Notes: generated from the sequence alone by a model not told the origin. 64,000 bases of DNA from Candidatus Cloacimonadota bacterium (GCA_037441405.1 JBBISI010000004.1:25417-89416); one strand, 5' to 3'; positions 29,982 through 38,724 are shown, counted from the stretch's first letter. Numbers and translations are program-made.

Positions 29982-31325
29982 TCATTGAATCTCCTTGTTC
30001 TTGATATATGTTGCGAGGGTGGAGGCATACAGCCGACGGATCTTCTCTGCAGCTTCATCCCATTGGATGAGTTGAACTTCCTGTCTGCCCAGGGAACCGA
30101 TCTTGCGGCACATATCGGGATTTTCGATCAAGTGATTTATGGTATCGGCCATTCTTCCCACATCCCAGAAGTCGATCTTAAAGGCATGATTGACTACTTC
30201 GGAGACACCGGACTGCTTGGAGATAATAGCCGTAACGCCATAAGCCATGGCTTCAAGGGGAGCGATACCAAATGGTTCCGAGACAGAGGGCAGGACATAG
30301 ATATCCGATGCTCGGAGGATGCGTTCCACTTGCTGCCGGTTAAGAAAGCCGGTGAAGAGGAAACGGTTACGGAGTTTGAGAGCGGCTGATCTGTGGATCA
30401 GTTTACGTCCCATATCACCAGTGCCGGCCATGATAAATCTTGCTAATGGATGCACTTTCAGGACCCTTTCCGCTACTTCAATGAAATAGTCCGGTCCTTT
30501 CTGGAGAGTTATCCGTCCTAAAAATAGAATTGTGGGACCCCGGAAAATGCGGAGTCGTTCAAAATTAGTATCTTCGTCGATGGTAAAAGCATTATGGATG
30601 ATCTTGATCTTACCGGTGTCGATCCGATATCGGGACATGATCATTTGTGCAGTATATTGTGAAACGGCTATCACTTGATCGGCGTACATCATACCAGCAT
30701 GTTCGATCTTATGGATGCGTTCATCGCCCGGACCGCCCGACCGGTCGAATTCAGTGGCGTGGATATGGACGATCAAGGGCTTTTGGGAAATCTTTTTTGC
30801 CAACATTCCGGAGGGATAGCACAGCCAGTCATGCGCATGGATCAGGTCATAGTCAAGATGAGCACCAAAACATTCTGCTCTCAGCGTATATTCCTGAACT
30901 TTCTTGATCAGGTCTTCTTCGCCGATCAGATGGAGAGCCATCTCGTCCCAAAGATAAGATTCACTTTGCACGATCCGTTCGTTTTGGGTTAGCTGACTGA
31001 AGCGCTTAATAAATTGAGATACTTCGCTCAATTGCAGATAAGTCTCGGGTAGTTGGGTAAGTCCGATATATTCCAGTTTTGCTATTACATCGGTGAAACT
31101 CATCTTCAGGAACTGCTTGTGCCTTTGGGGTTCGATAAAGACAACTGGCAGAACATCCACGTCATTTTCCTCTCTAAGCGGGAAATAGACGATTTCCTTG
31201 GTTGGCAAAACGAGATCGATCTTTATTCCTTGTTTGAGCAATGCCTTGACCATGCCATAGCACGCCATGCCCAATCCGCCAGAGATCAGCGGTGGAAATT
31301 CCCAGGTGAACATCAGAACTTTCAT
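29982..31325 (-). CDS. Glycogen synthase-like glycosyltransferase (GT-B, group 1)
   Basis: MKVLMFTWEFPPLISGGLGMACYG N-terminus and C-terminal EPFGIAPLEAMAYG motif. Confidence 0.8.
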   Translation of the reverse strand: MKVLMFTWEFPPLISGGLGMACYGMVKALLKQGIKIDLVLPTKEIVYFPLREENDVDVLPVVFIEPQRHKQFLKMSFTDVIAKLEYIGLTQLPETYLQLSEVSQFIKRFSQLTQNERIVQSESYLWDEMALHLIGEEDLIKKVQEYTLRAECFGAHLDYDLIHAHDWLCYPSGMLAKKISQKPLIVHIHATEFDRSGGPGDERIHKIEHAGMMYADQVIAVSQYTAQMIMSRYRIDTGKIKIIHNAFTIDEDTNFERLRIFRGPTILFLGRITLQKGPDYFIEVAERVLKVHPLARFIMAGTGDMGRKLIHRSAALKLRNRFLFTGFLNRQQVERILRASDIYVLPSVSEPFGIAPLEAMAYGVTAIISKQSGVSEVVNHAFKIDFWDVGRMADTINHLIENPDMCRKIGSLGRQEVQLIQWDEAAEKIRRLYASTLATYIKNKEIQ

Positions 31326-33358
31326 TCGCCTCCCTTTTCGTTGGCGATAAAGGTTTCGATGTTATACAGCGCTGCGACGCTCCACGCTTGAGCGGGTGCC
31401 CCTTTGGGAAAGTGAGGGTGATCTCCGTCCCAGACCTCTGCCACACTAGCAATATGTCCGCGCATGAAACCATTGCGAAATACGGCAATGATCTGCGCCA
31501 ATTCATTCTTGATCTCGGAAAGAGGTTTGATGCCCCGGTGAATTTTGAGATATACGCCGCAATATGGTCCCAACAACCAAGCCCAGACGGTACCATTGTG
31601 ATAAGATTGATCCCTGTCAGCTTGTGAACCATAGTATTTTTTCCGGAAACGGAAGTCATGGGGAGAGAGGGTTCGGATTCCATAAGGAGTGCAAAGTTCC
31701 CGTTGGGCTTTGGCAAAAACTGCTGTTAACTGCTCGCGGTTCAGCAGATCCCAGGGAAGGGAGCAGGCGAGCAGGGCATTGGGTCTGATCTCTTTGACTG
31801 GTTCATCGCCGACCAATCGATCCGCCAAATAGTCACCCATCCAGAACTTTTGAAATGCCCTCTCGATCCTGGGCGCATATTCCAGGATACTTTCCAACGC
31901 AGTGCAACTCTCGGGACAGCACAAATTCAATGCCTTACACATTGCATCATAACAGCGGATGGCATTATACCATAAGGCGTTAATTTCCACCGGAGCGCCA
32001 TTTCTGGGAGTGACCGGCTTACCATTGATGCGGACGTCCATCCAGGTCGCATGGGCAAACACCTCTTCCAATTCGATCAACCCGTCATCTCGGATGCGGA
32101 AAGGATAGGTTCGATTGGACAGAATCGACTTGAGGATTTCTTCCGCCAGATGAATGGATTCCCGGTAGAAAGAGACCTGTACCTTGGTTTTACCCACTTT
32201 ATAGAGTAGTATGATATACCAGAGGGTGGCGTCAATAGTGTCATAGTTAGCCGCTCTACCGGTCTCAGCCAGCATGTTGGGGATCAAACCCTGCTGGATA
32301 AACCGGCTGTATTTACGCAGGATCCGTTCGACCTGATCAATATTATTGCCGGAATGCAGCAGTGCATTGAGGACAAACATCGTATCACGTCCCCACGCAC
32401 CGTAAAAAGGATAGCCGGCAACGATGTCTTTGTTGGCGAGAAAGTCCTTCAAAGCAAATTCCAGTATCTTGAGATAATCCTGATATTTAAACAACTCACT
32501 ATCATTATAATCCAGACGATTGATCAGGGTATTGTCCGTATCGGGATGTGAAGGATAATCCATCGGCAGTGGCAGGTCGCGGTAACGATTCTCTATGGTT
32601 TTGATCATTTCATCCGGATGTTCGATCATTTGATCGGAAAACAGGACATATTTACTCTCGCCTACCTTGAGATTGATCTGAAGTTCAAATAGCGTGATCT
32701 GATCTCCTACTCCGGGATATCCATTCATTACTTCCCAAGGATAATAGACGTTGTAATACACATAGCGATTTGTTCTCACCTCACCATCGACCAGAGCCCC
32801 AAACACGGATGTTCCGTTTGACAGGCGTAGGCAATTGAAAATCTGATGATTCTTGCCTTCGATGATCACCGACTCATATCTTTCCCGATCCAGCGAGCCC
32901 GGTGCATCTAGTTCGTGATGCGGCAACATGGTGTATCGGGGATGCAATTCCATATGCAATTTATGATGCCCCAGATTGGTGTATCTAACCATTATGGTGT
33001 TGCTTGATTCATCCATCATCAGTTCTTTGAGGATCAGGATCTCATTCTGATGGGGGAGAGCAGAATACAAAAAAATCGGATATGGTCTCAACCACGGTTT
33101 GACAAGATACAAAAAACCCTCAGGATAGATGCAATTACTGTAGTTGTTGCTATCCAGATGGATGATCTCTCCCCGCCATTCTACCTTCTCTTCCAGTCCT
33201 GCCACCAGATGTTGCCTTTGAAACTGACTATCACTACTGACCAGTAATCCATGGTATTTACGCTGATTGATTAAGTTGCCAGTGCCCAATGCATAGCCAC
33301 CCTGGCGGCTGGTCAACAACCACTCGTGGTGGTGTGTTTCCATGAAGTAGTTATTCAT
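31322..33358 (-). CDS. Glycogen debranching enzyme (amylo-alpha-1,6-glucosidase family)
   Basis: 678 aa. Bacterial GDE N-terminal domain (REWLLTSRQGGYALGT...RKYHGLL) and a C-terminal (alpha/alpha)6 domain (AGYPFYGAWGRDTMF...YHNGTVWAWLLGPY). Confidence 0.85.
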   Translation of the reverse strand: MNNYFMETHHHEWLLTSRQGGYALGTGNLINQRKYHGLLVSSDSQFQRQHLVAGLEEKVEWRGEIIHLDSNNYSNCIYPEGFLYLVKPWLRPYPIFLYSALPHQNEILILKELMMDESSNTIMVRYTNLGHHKLHMELHPRYTMLPHHELDAPGSLDRERYESVIIEGKNHQIFNCLRLSNGTSVFGALVDGEVRTNRYVYYNVYYPWEVMNGYPGVGDQITLFELQINLKVGESKYVLFSDQMIEHPDEMIKTIENRYRDLPLPMDYPSHPDTDNTLINRLDYNDSELFKYQDYLKILEFALKDFLANKDIVAGYPFYGAWGRDTMFVLNALLHSGNNIDQVERILRKYSRFIQQGLIPNMLAETGRAANYDTIDATLWYIILLYKVGKTKVQVSFYRESIHLAEEILKSILSNRTYPFRIRDDGLIELEEVFAHATWMDVRINGKPVTPRNGAPVEINALWYNAIRCYDAMCKALNLCCPESCTALESILEYAPRIERAFQKFWMGDYLADRLVGDEPVKEIRPNALLACSLPWDLLNREQLTAVFAKAQRELCTPYGIRTLSPHDFRFRKKYYGSQADRDQSYHNGTVWAWLLGPYCGVYLKIHRGIKPLSEIKNELAQIIAVFRNGFMRGHIASVAEVWDGDHPHFPKGAPAQAWSVAALYNIETFIANEKGGE

Positions 33359-33445
33359 CAGAGCCCCTTAAATGTTCGGTGTGTTGATAATTTTCAATAC
33401 CTGCTTTTTCGTCAAGTGAATTCTGTGGCGGCACAATAAATTTGA

Positions 33446-33610
33446 TTGCAACTTGACAACGAATACTGCAAATTGTGCAGCGAAAGCTGCAATCTGTCGC
33501 ATCGTATGACATCCTTACTCATCCTTACTAAGACCCTTTTGAGTGGTTTTTGACAGGATATCTGCAAATTCGATCACCGAAAATTGCAAATTGTGACAGG
33601 CTTTCTGCAT
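33446..33610. promoter_or_regulatory. Array of TGCAA(A/T)(T/C)TG-type motifs upstream of the glycogen operon
   Basis: Sites: TTGCAACTTGACAACG, the 15-bp palindrome CTGCAAATTGTGCAG (33466-33480), CTGCAATCTGTCGCA, CTGCAAATTCGATCA and TTGCAAATTGTGACA (33584-33598). The function is inferred only. Confidence 0.3.
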
Positions 33611-33925
33611 ATCCAGTTATATCGAAATATGGTAAAGAGGAATAAGACTTATATTTCCTGATACCAATCTTGAATACTGGCGGGAAGCATACCCATGTTC
33701 AATACCATCACTTTATTACCGTTTGATTATTTAATAGTATTTCAACGCAGATAGTTAGTTGGTCTTGACCATATCTCAGTGAATGACTATACTTGTTTTG
33801 TAATCAAATAATTGAACTTCTCGAGTATAAGCTTTTTCCTTTCTTCAATAAAGCGTTCATAATTATCGAGTCTCCATAAAGTGCGATCCTTAGGTATCAG
33901 GTGGAGATCTAGATAATCATCGCCT

Positions 33926-34156
33926 TTGTCTTCGAACCAATTCACTGGAGGAGAATCCCATGACCTTGCCTGGTATGAACAGAAAGCGGTGGCAGTATTG
34001 CTTGCACTGCTGTCGTTGGGATTCAAGGATATCATCGTCGGTCCGACCTTGCCCGGATTCCTCTCGACAAATGTGGCAAAAGTCATCACGGATGCCTTCG
34101 GACTACGCAAGATCACCACACCTGAAGAGGATATCAGGTTCATGATGGGCTCATAG
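33926..34156 (+). pseudogene. hcp: 3' remnant of hybrid-cluster protein (hydroxylamine reductase) gene
   Basis: Translation ...[65 protein letters not shown] plus stop matches my recollection of the conserved Hcp C-terminus. The other ~480 codons of a normal hcp are absent. An in-frame stop lies at 33914. Confidence 0.7.
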
Positions 34157-34165
34157 TTCATCATT

Positions 34166-34217
34166 AGTATAACCTTACGACTGTAAGGTTATACTAAGGT
34201 TATCAAGCAAGGGGGAC
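34166..34217 (+). repeat. Foldback element copy 4 (truncated left arm, 1+2 9-mers, centre GACT)
   Basis: Sequence is TTAGTATAACCTTAC-GACT-GTAAGGTTATACTAAGGTTATCAAGCAAGGGGG. It starts 9 nt after the hcp remnant stop. Confidence 0.85.
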
Positions 34218-34338
34218 AGTGTCGTCCAGTGGTCAAGCCAACTCTCTGACTTATTAAATAAGACCCCTGAATTATTTGGGGCATTGTTCTTTCGGTTATA
34301 AACTAACTAATTGTCAGACAAGATCCTGTATCATTGCA

Positions 34339-34598
34339 GCGTTATCAGATGTTGGGTGGTGACTTCAGTCACCGCGTCGGAACGACGCTAAAGATCTACC
34401 CGCAAGGGTATCCGGACTTTTTGAGGACTATAGTCCGAGACTAATCCCCTCTCGCTGGACAGGGATCCTTCTTTCAATGCGTGGTATATGTCCTTCGTTC
34501 GGACTGAAGTCCGCACTATGTCTAATAACCCAATAAGGTTGTATGTATTCTCACGATCCGGAACGGTGGTAAAACCACCGCCTAACATCTGATGGCGC
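34339..34598 (+). ncRNA. Candidate structured RNA, unit B (unknown class; paralog of 14378-14638)
   Basis: A 19-23 bp closing helix forms between GCGTTATCAGATGTTGGGTGG and CCGCCTAACATCTGATGGCGC, with 4 G-U pairs in plus sense. Hairpins: GGTGAC-TTCA-GTCACC; GCGTCG-GAA-CGACGC (34374-34388); CCC-GCAA-GGG (34399-34408); CGGAC-TGAA-GTCCG; GGTGG-TAAAA-CCACC. Confidence 0.6.
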
Positions 34599-34646
34599 TG
34601 GAAAACTAATTGGATTCATCTGATGCCGCTGGAAAACTTATTATAG
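34586..34646 (+). repeat. Tandem duplication of the 3' closing-strand segment of unit B
   Basis: CATCTGATGGCGCTGGAAAACTAATTGGATT (34586-34616) is followed by CATCTGATGCCGCTGGAAAACTTATTATAG (34617-34646). Confidence 0.85.
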
Positions 34647-34770
34647 TGCTTTCTTTAGCTCTCAATCTCTGATGAGCCCGTTGCATGCAATGGTCCCCGG
34701 TATCAAATACCGGTCGTTCGCCCATATTCCCCAATTGATCAGCGATCGGTATCGGCATCTGAACCACCTA

Positions 34771-34804
34771 CAAAACCAGACCACCCTGCGGGAAGGTGGT
34801 CTGG
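34771..34804 (-). terminator. Intrinsic terminator of the 936-aa protein gene
   Basis: Perfect 10-bp stem CCAGACCACC / GGTGGTCTGG (34776-34785 / 34795-34804). On the minus strand it is followed by TTTTG (34771-34775). It lies 20 nt after the stop. Confidence 0.8.
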
Positions 34805-34824
34805 CTGATTCGATTTGAATGAGG

Positions 34825-37635
34825 TTATTTGGAGAGGACTATTTTGCGGACATAGTGATCGTCTTTGGTTCTCATCCGGACATGATAGATACCCGTGGAA
34901 CACAAAGAACCACCATCATCCTTTCCATCCCATTTCACGCTGTGAAAACCGGCGCTCCTGGATTCACTGATCAAAGATCGGACAAGTTGTCCACGAAGGT
35001 TGTAGATACCGAGACGGACAAAACTGGGCGCGCTTAATGCGTATCGGATGGTAGTCTGGGGATTGAAGGGATTGGGGAAGACATTGGAGATCCCGTTCTT
35101 TACAGGGATCACCGGCATTTGGTCTGAACCGTCGATATCAAAATGAATGACAACGGGCCCGTATATGGTTGCCGAACCGTCATAATCGGCACTTTCCAGC
35201 CAATAATAGTAGTAACCGTCAGCAAGGAACTCCTGTTCGCGATAGAGATAATTTTGGGTTTGAGTAGTATTAGAGGCTGGGATGAAGACATCCAACAACA
35301 GCGCTTCATCCAAATAACCGGTAGTGCCGCGATAGATCCGGAAACCCGCTACATTGGTCTCAGTATAAGTCACCCAAGATAACTGAATGAATCCACTGGC
35401 ACTGATCGACGCTGTGAATGAGGACAATTGGACCGGTAAAGGCAGGTCCGCTTCAGAGATCGTCCATAATAAACTTGCTTTGCTGATACTGCCCAGATCG
35501 CTAATGTCGGTGATGGTCACATACATGTATGATCCGATTTCTATGGCGGCATAATTACCGAGCAGTTGCCAAGTGCCATTATCGTACCACACGCTCATCG
35601 TCGTCGAAGTCGAGATGGTGGTCGGATAGCGGAAGGTTACATCCACTGTGTTCGTAAATAAGGCAGATGTCATCCAGTGGCGACCGATGCTATTGGTCGG
35701 ACCGGTTTCGTATTTTGCAACGTTAAGAGCGCTGAATACGGCATCGTCGGAGGTGAAATAGATATCCTTATCTATATAGTGCAGGGTATGTCCATCAAGA
35801 GCCAGATTTCCATCAGTGAAGGTCAGGTTTCTCACATCCACATCACCGGTGAGTGTCTTTGTAGAGCCATTGTTGATCGCCATGTTATAGTATGTCCCGG
35901 GAGCGACATCCTGATCTCCGGCATAGGCATATTCAACCGTAGTACCGGTTCCGATCGTGCCAATGGTCGGTATGGTGTCGTTCTCAATCATCAATGTGGC
36001 ATAGTCATTGACATTGATGGTTCCAGTAAAGGTGTATGCCGCCGGGATCACCATCGTAACGGCATTCGTTCCGTCACCCAATTCGGTGGCGACGGCCGAA
36101 CTGGCGTTGCCGCCCAAGGTCTTGATCCCGGTTCCTCTCACTCTAAGGTTATGGTATGCTTTGCCGGCGATCGTCTGATTGGCGAGGGAGGAATAGATGA
36201 CGGTCGAACCGCTGCTCAAAGTTCCGAGGATGGGATTGGTGGTGTTTTGCAGTTCAAGCGTTCCGGCATTCACGATATTCACGGTGCCAACCAACAGGGC
36301 AGCAGCGGGAACAAGCAATGTAACGGCGTTGGTTCCATCGCCAATATCGATGAGGTTATCTGCCTTTACTGTGGACCAAATGGTCTTGATACCCCCGCCC
36401 CGGATGCTCAGATCCCAGTAATCGTAGGGGATTACATTCTGATTGCCTGACGCGGAATAACGAACAGCAGAGCCCGGATATAGGACGCCAAGAGTTGGGT
36501 ATGTAGTATTTTGCAAATTAAGGATGGCATGTCGGAGCACATCTATGGAGCCGGTATAGGTGTAATTACTGGGCACGGTGAAAGTGATGGGATTGATACC
36601 ATTACCAAGATTAACCAGCGTTCCGCCGCCGGAAACAACCCAGTCAGCGGTTAGGGTGGGTGATGGGTTGTTCCAGATATAAAAGCCCTGCCCGGGCGTC
36701 GTGAAATTGGAGGGGGCGGTGCCGCTACCGTCAGAATTGCCACCCCAAGTAGCCAGAAGATTCAAGCCACCGGTGGATTTGGAAAAGTAATTTGGGTATG
36801 CCACAAAGGCGACATCGTTGGTGTAAGTGGTGCCATCGATGAACATGTTCGCCACATTGCCGGTACTGTTTTCACCATAGGCCATAAAGGAGTTAATTAT
36901 TGTATTTTGTCCCAATCCTGCTCGGGCAAGATCATTGGCGATCAGGATGCCATTGACGAAGACATCGGTAGTGTATCTGGCTACTGTATGTGCCACACCA
37001 TTGATGCTATAATTGACGGCAGATTGTCCCGGACCGTTATTCAAGCGTAATTCGATCACAAAGTTACGACCCTGTTCGAATGGTTCTGTGGCAAAGGAAG
37101 CCCATCCGGTCGTTGTCTTGTAGGATGTTGTTATGCTGCCCCCGGCGCCAAAGACAAATCTCAGGCCAAAGTAGATGTCCGCATGAGCAAGCGGTGCGTT
37201 TGTTGTGAATGAAGTTCCACGACCGTAGAGAAAGTAGAATGTGCCCGAATCAGCAAATCCGCCGGTGCTGTTACCCAGGCGTAACTGGGTCTTGAAATAG
37301 GAATTGCGGGTGGCATTTGTGAATTCAGTAACGGCAAATTTGTTGATCCCACCCGAACCGGAGGTAGTGGGAGCAGCGATCCGCAGTTCTGTGTCGGCAC
37401 CAAAATTCACAAGACCCGGATTTTCCCGGTAGAATCCACCGCCACCAGCGCTGCTCATAAAAACTCTGTAAGTACCCCCGCCAGTGGGTGTATTAGGGAA
37501 AAAAGTCGTGGAAGCGCCGCCTGCGGTAGTATAAGAACCGGTACCGGTTCCATAATCATATCCGTAGATCGACTGTCCGTACAGCGATATGTGCATCAGG
37601 AACAGTAGAACAAACACTACCAGTGTTAGTTTCAT
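34825..37635 (-). CDS. Large secreted protein with C-terminal T9SS/FlgD-Ig-type sorting domain and three ~80-aa internal repeats
   Basis: Signal peptide MKLTLVVFVLLFLMHISLYG. C-terminus VFPNPFNPQTTIRYALSAPSFVRLGIYNLRGQLVRSL...GFHSVKWDGKDDGGSLCSTGIYHVRM is typical of Por/T9SS-type CTDs. Repeats cover about aa 340-418, 428-506 and 517-594. Confidence 0.8.
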   Translation of the reverse strand: MKLTLVVFVLLFLMHISLYGQSIYGYDYGTGTGSYTTAGGASTTFFPNTPTGGGTYRVFMSSAGGGGFYRENPGLVNFGADTELRIAAPTTSGSGGINKFAVTEFTNATRNSYFKTQLRLGNSTGGFADSGTFYFLYGRGTSFTTNAPLAHADIYFGLRFVFGAGGSITTSYKTTTGWASFATEPFEQGRNFVIELRLNNGPGQSAVNYSINGVAHTVARYTTDVFVNGILIANDLARAGLGQNTIINSFMAYGENSTGNVANMFIDGTTYTNDVAFVAYPNYFSKSTGGLNLLATWGGNSDGSGTAPSNFTTPGQGFYIWNNPSPTLTADWVVSGGGTLVNLGNGINPITFTVPSNYTYTGSIDVLRHAILNLQNTTYPTLGVLYPGSAVRYSASGNQNVIPYDYWDLSIRGGGIKTIWSTVKADNLIDIGDGTNAVTLLVPAAALLVGTVNIVNAGTLELQNTTNPILGTLSSGSTVIYSSLANQTIAGKAYHNLRVRGTGIKTLGGNASSAVATELGDGTNAVTMVIPAAYTFTGTINVNDYATLMIENDTIPTIGTIGTGTTVEYAYAGDQDVAPGTYYNMAINNGSTKTLTGDVDVRNLTFTDGNLALDGHTLHYIDKDIYFTSDDAVFSALNVAKYETGPTNSIGRHWMTSALFTNTVDVTFRYPTTISTSTTMSVWYDNGTWQLLGNYAAIEIGSYMYVTITDISDLGSISKASLLWTISEADLPLPVQLSSFTASISASGFIQLSWVTYTETNVAGFRIYRGTTGYLDEALLLDVFIPASNTTQTQNYLYREQEFLADGYYYYWLESADYDGSATIYGPVVIHFDIDGSDQMPVIPVKNGISNVFPNPFNPQTTIRYALSAPSFVRLGIYNLRGQLVRSLISESRSAGFHSVKWDGKDDGGSLCSTGIYHVRMRTKDDHYVRKIVLSK

Positions 37636-37694
37636 TGTTAAGTCCTCACTTTTTCTTTCAGAGCATCACCGCTTGATGCCATACCATAATATAG

Positions 37695-37710
37695 AGCATA
37701 AATCGTGCCA
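37695..37710 (-). promoter_or_regulatory. Sigma54 (-24/-12) promoter candidate
   Basis: The minus strand reads TTGGCACGATTTATGCT against the consensus TGGCACG-N4-TTGCW. GG and GC have the correct spacing. It lies ~60 nt upstream of the ATG at 37635. Confidence 0.65.
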
Positions 37711-37884
37711 AGCAAACCGAAAATGAAACGGAATCGGGTTTCTATGCGATAACATATTGTCAGGTATGCCATTACAATGTTGCATGATCAGCCACCAGAC
37801 CAATCGAACTCTGTTCATCCGGTGGTCTTAGTGTCTGAGATTGCATAATGGAAATTGCACTACTGAAATCGCAGGATCGCCCCG

Positions 37885-38259
37885 CTACTTCAGCCGGTAG
37901 AGTTTGATTCTGTGGCAGAGAGTGTTTTCTGATACATTGAGAAGAATGGTTGCGTCTTTCTGTTTACCATTGCATTTGATCAAGGCATCCCGGATGATAT
38001 CCTTCTCTTGTTCTGCCAATGTGGTGGACAGGTTGTAATCCTTGGGCAGTAGTTTAGCGGAATTTTGTGCCATGGCAATGGATTTGTTGTCCCACGTTCT
38101 GAGTTCGGAGGTAATGATCAAACTCTCGATCATGTTTTTGAGTTCTCTGACATTTCCGGCAAACTCATATTGTTCCACGGCGTGATAGAACTTGTCCTCG
38201 ATGACAGGTTTTGGCTTTTTGGTCTCGGTACAGAACATCTCGACAAAATGGACGATCAA
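37885..38259 (-). pseudogene. 3' fragment of a sigma54-dependent activator (end of AAA+ domain plus Fis-type HTH only)
   Basis: The 124-aa ORF holds only ...EQYEFAGNVRELKNMIESL... and the C-terminal HTH (KQKDATILLNVSENTLCHRIKLY). Walker A/B, GAFTGA and any sensor domain are missing. Upstream sequence is replaced by repeat element copy 5, starting ~38268. Confidence 0.7.
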
Positions 38260-38267
38260 TAGTTAAG

Positions 38268-38583
38268 AGCGTTGCACATACTGGAACAGCCAAATTTCGA
38301 GAATATGAAAAAACAGTATCGTCTCTCCTTCCGGCGCAGTCAGTTACAATTAGAGGATTATGCCTGTCAGATAGTCTGAATACTCGTTGAGTCCAACGCT
38401 CTGAGTTATCTAACGGTCTCAAGAAGGTTTAGATTCAAGCGTAATAGCGCTTTCTTCTGAGTTCTCCCTGCTTAATAACCTTAGTATAACCTTACGGTCG
38501 TAAGGTTATACTAAGGTTATACTAAGGTTATCAAGCAAGGAGGATAATTTTAAGTTAACTCTCTGAATTATTCACCGGTCTTT
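38268..38583 (+). repeat. Foldback element copy 5, long form (core 38464-38544, centre GGTC)
   Basis: About 315 nt, collinear with 51301-51616 at roughly 75-80 percent identity. Layout: left end ATACTGGAAC, ~190-nt internal segment, foldback core, right end CTCTGAATTATTCACCGGTCTTT. Confidence 0.85.
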
Positions 38584-38724
38584 TTGTGGGTTAGCCATCC
38601 TATCATTTTTTGCAGGAACATCATACACCCTTAACAGCCAAATTTAAGATAGAGTTCATTGCACGTTATCCGAATCAGAATCCATGCGTAGCAACGTCAA
38701 TCCCCGCCTGAGCTTCACAACCCA

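Noticed and set aside
33421-33450. TGGCGGCAC...TTGATTGCA as a sigma54 promoter
   Set aside because: The GG-to-GC spacing is 18 nt instead of the required ~11, and it points away from the operon.
33787-34164. 125-aa minus-strand ORF ([15 protein letters not shown]...)
   Set aside because: Its N-terminal two-thirds is the antisense of the clearly recognisable hcp C-terminal remnant and is low-complexity. Only the last ~45 aa look protein-like. I treat it as a chimeric chance ORF over two gene fragments.
36145-36153. Exact TAAGGTTAT 9-mer inside the 936-aa protein gene
   Set aside because: It is a single isolated occurrence with no phased partners or inverted copy, which is compatible with chance.
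38165-38422. 85-aa minus-strand ORF spanning the activator fragment and repeat copy 5
   Set aside because: It runs through the conserved repeat element, whose paralog at 51.3 kb does not keep the frame. It has no SD and an Arg-rich composition.
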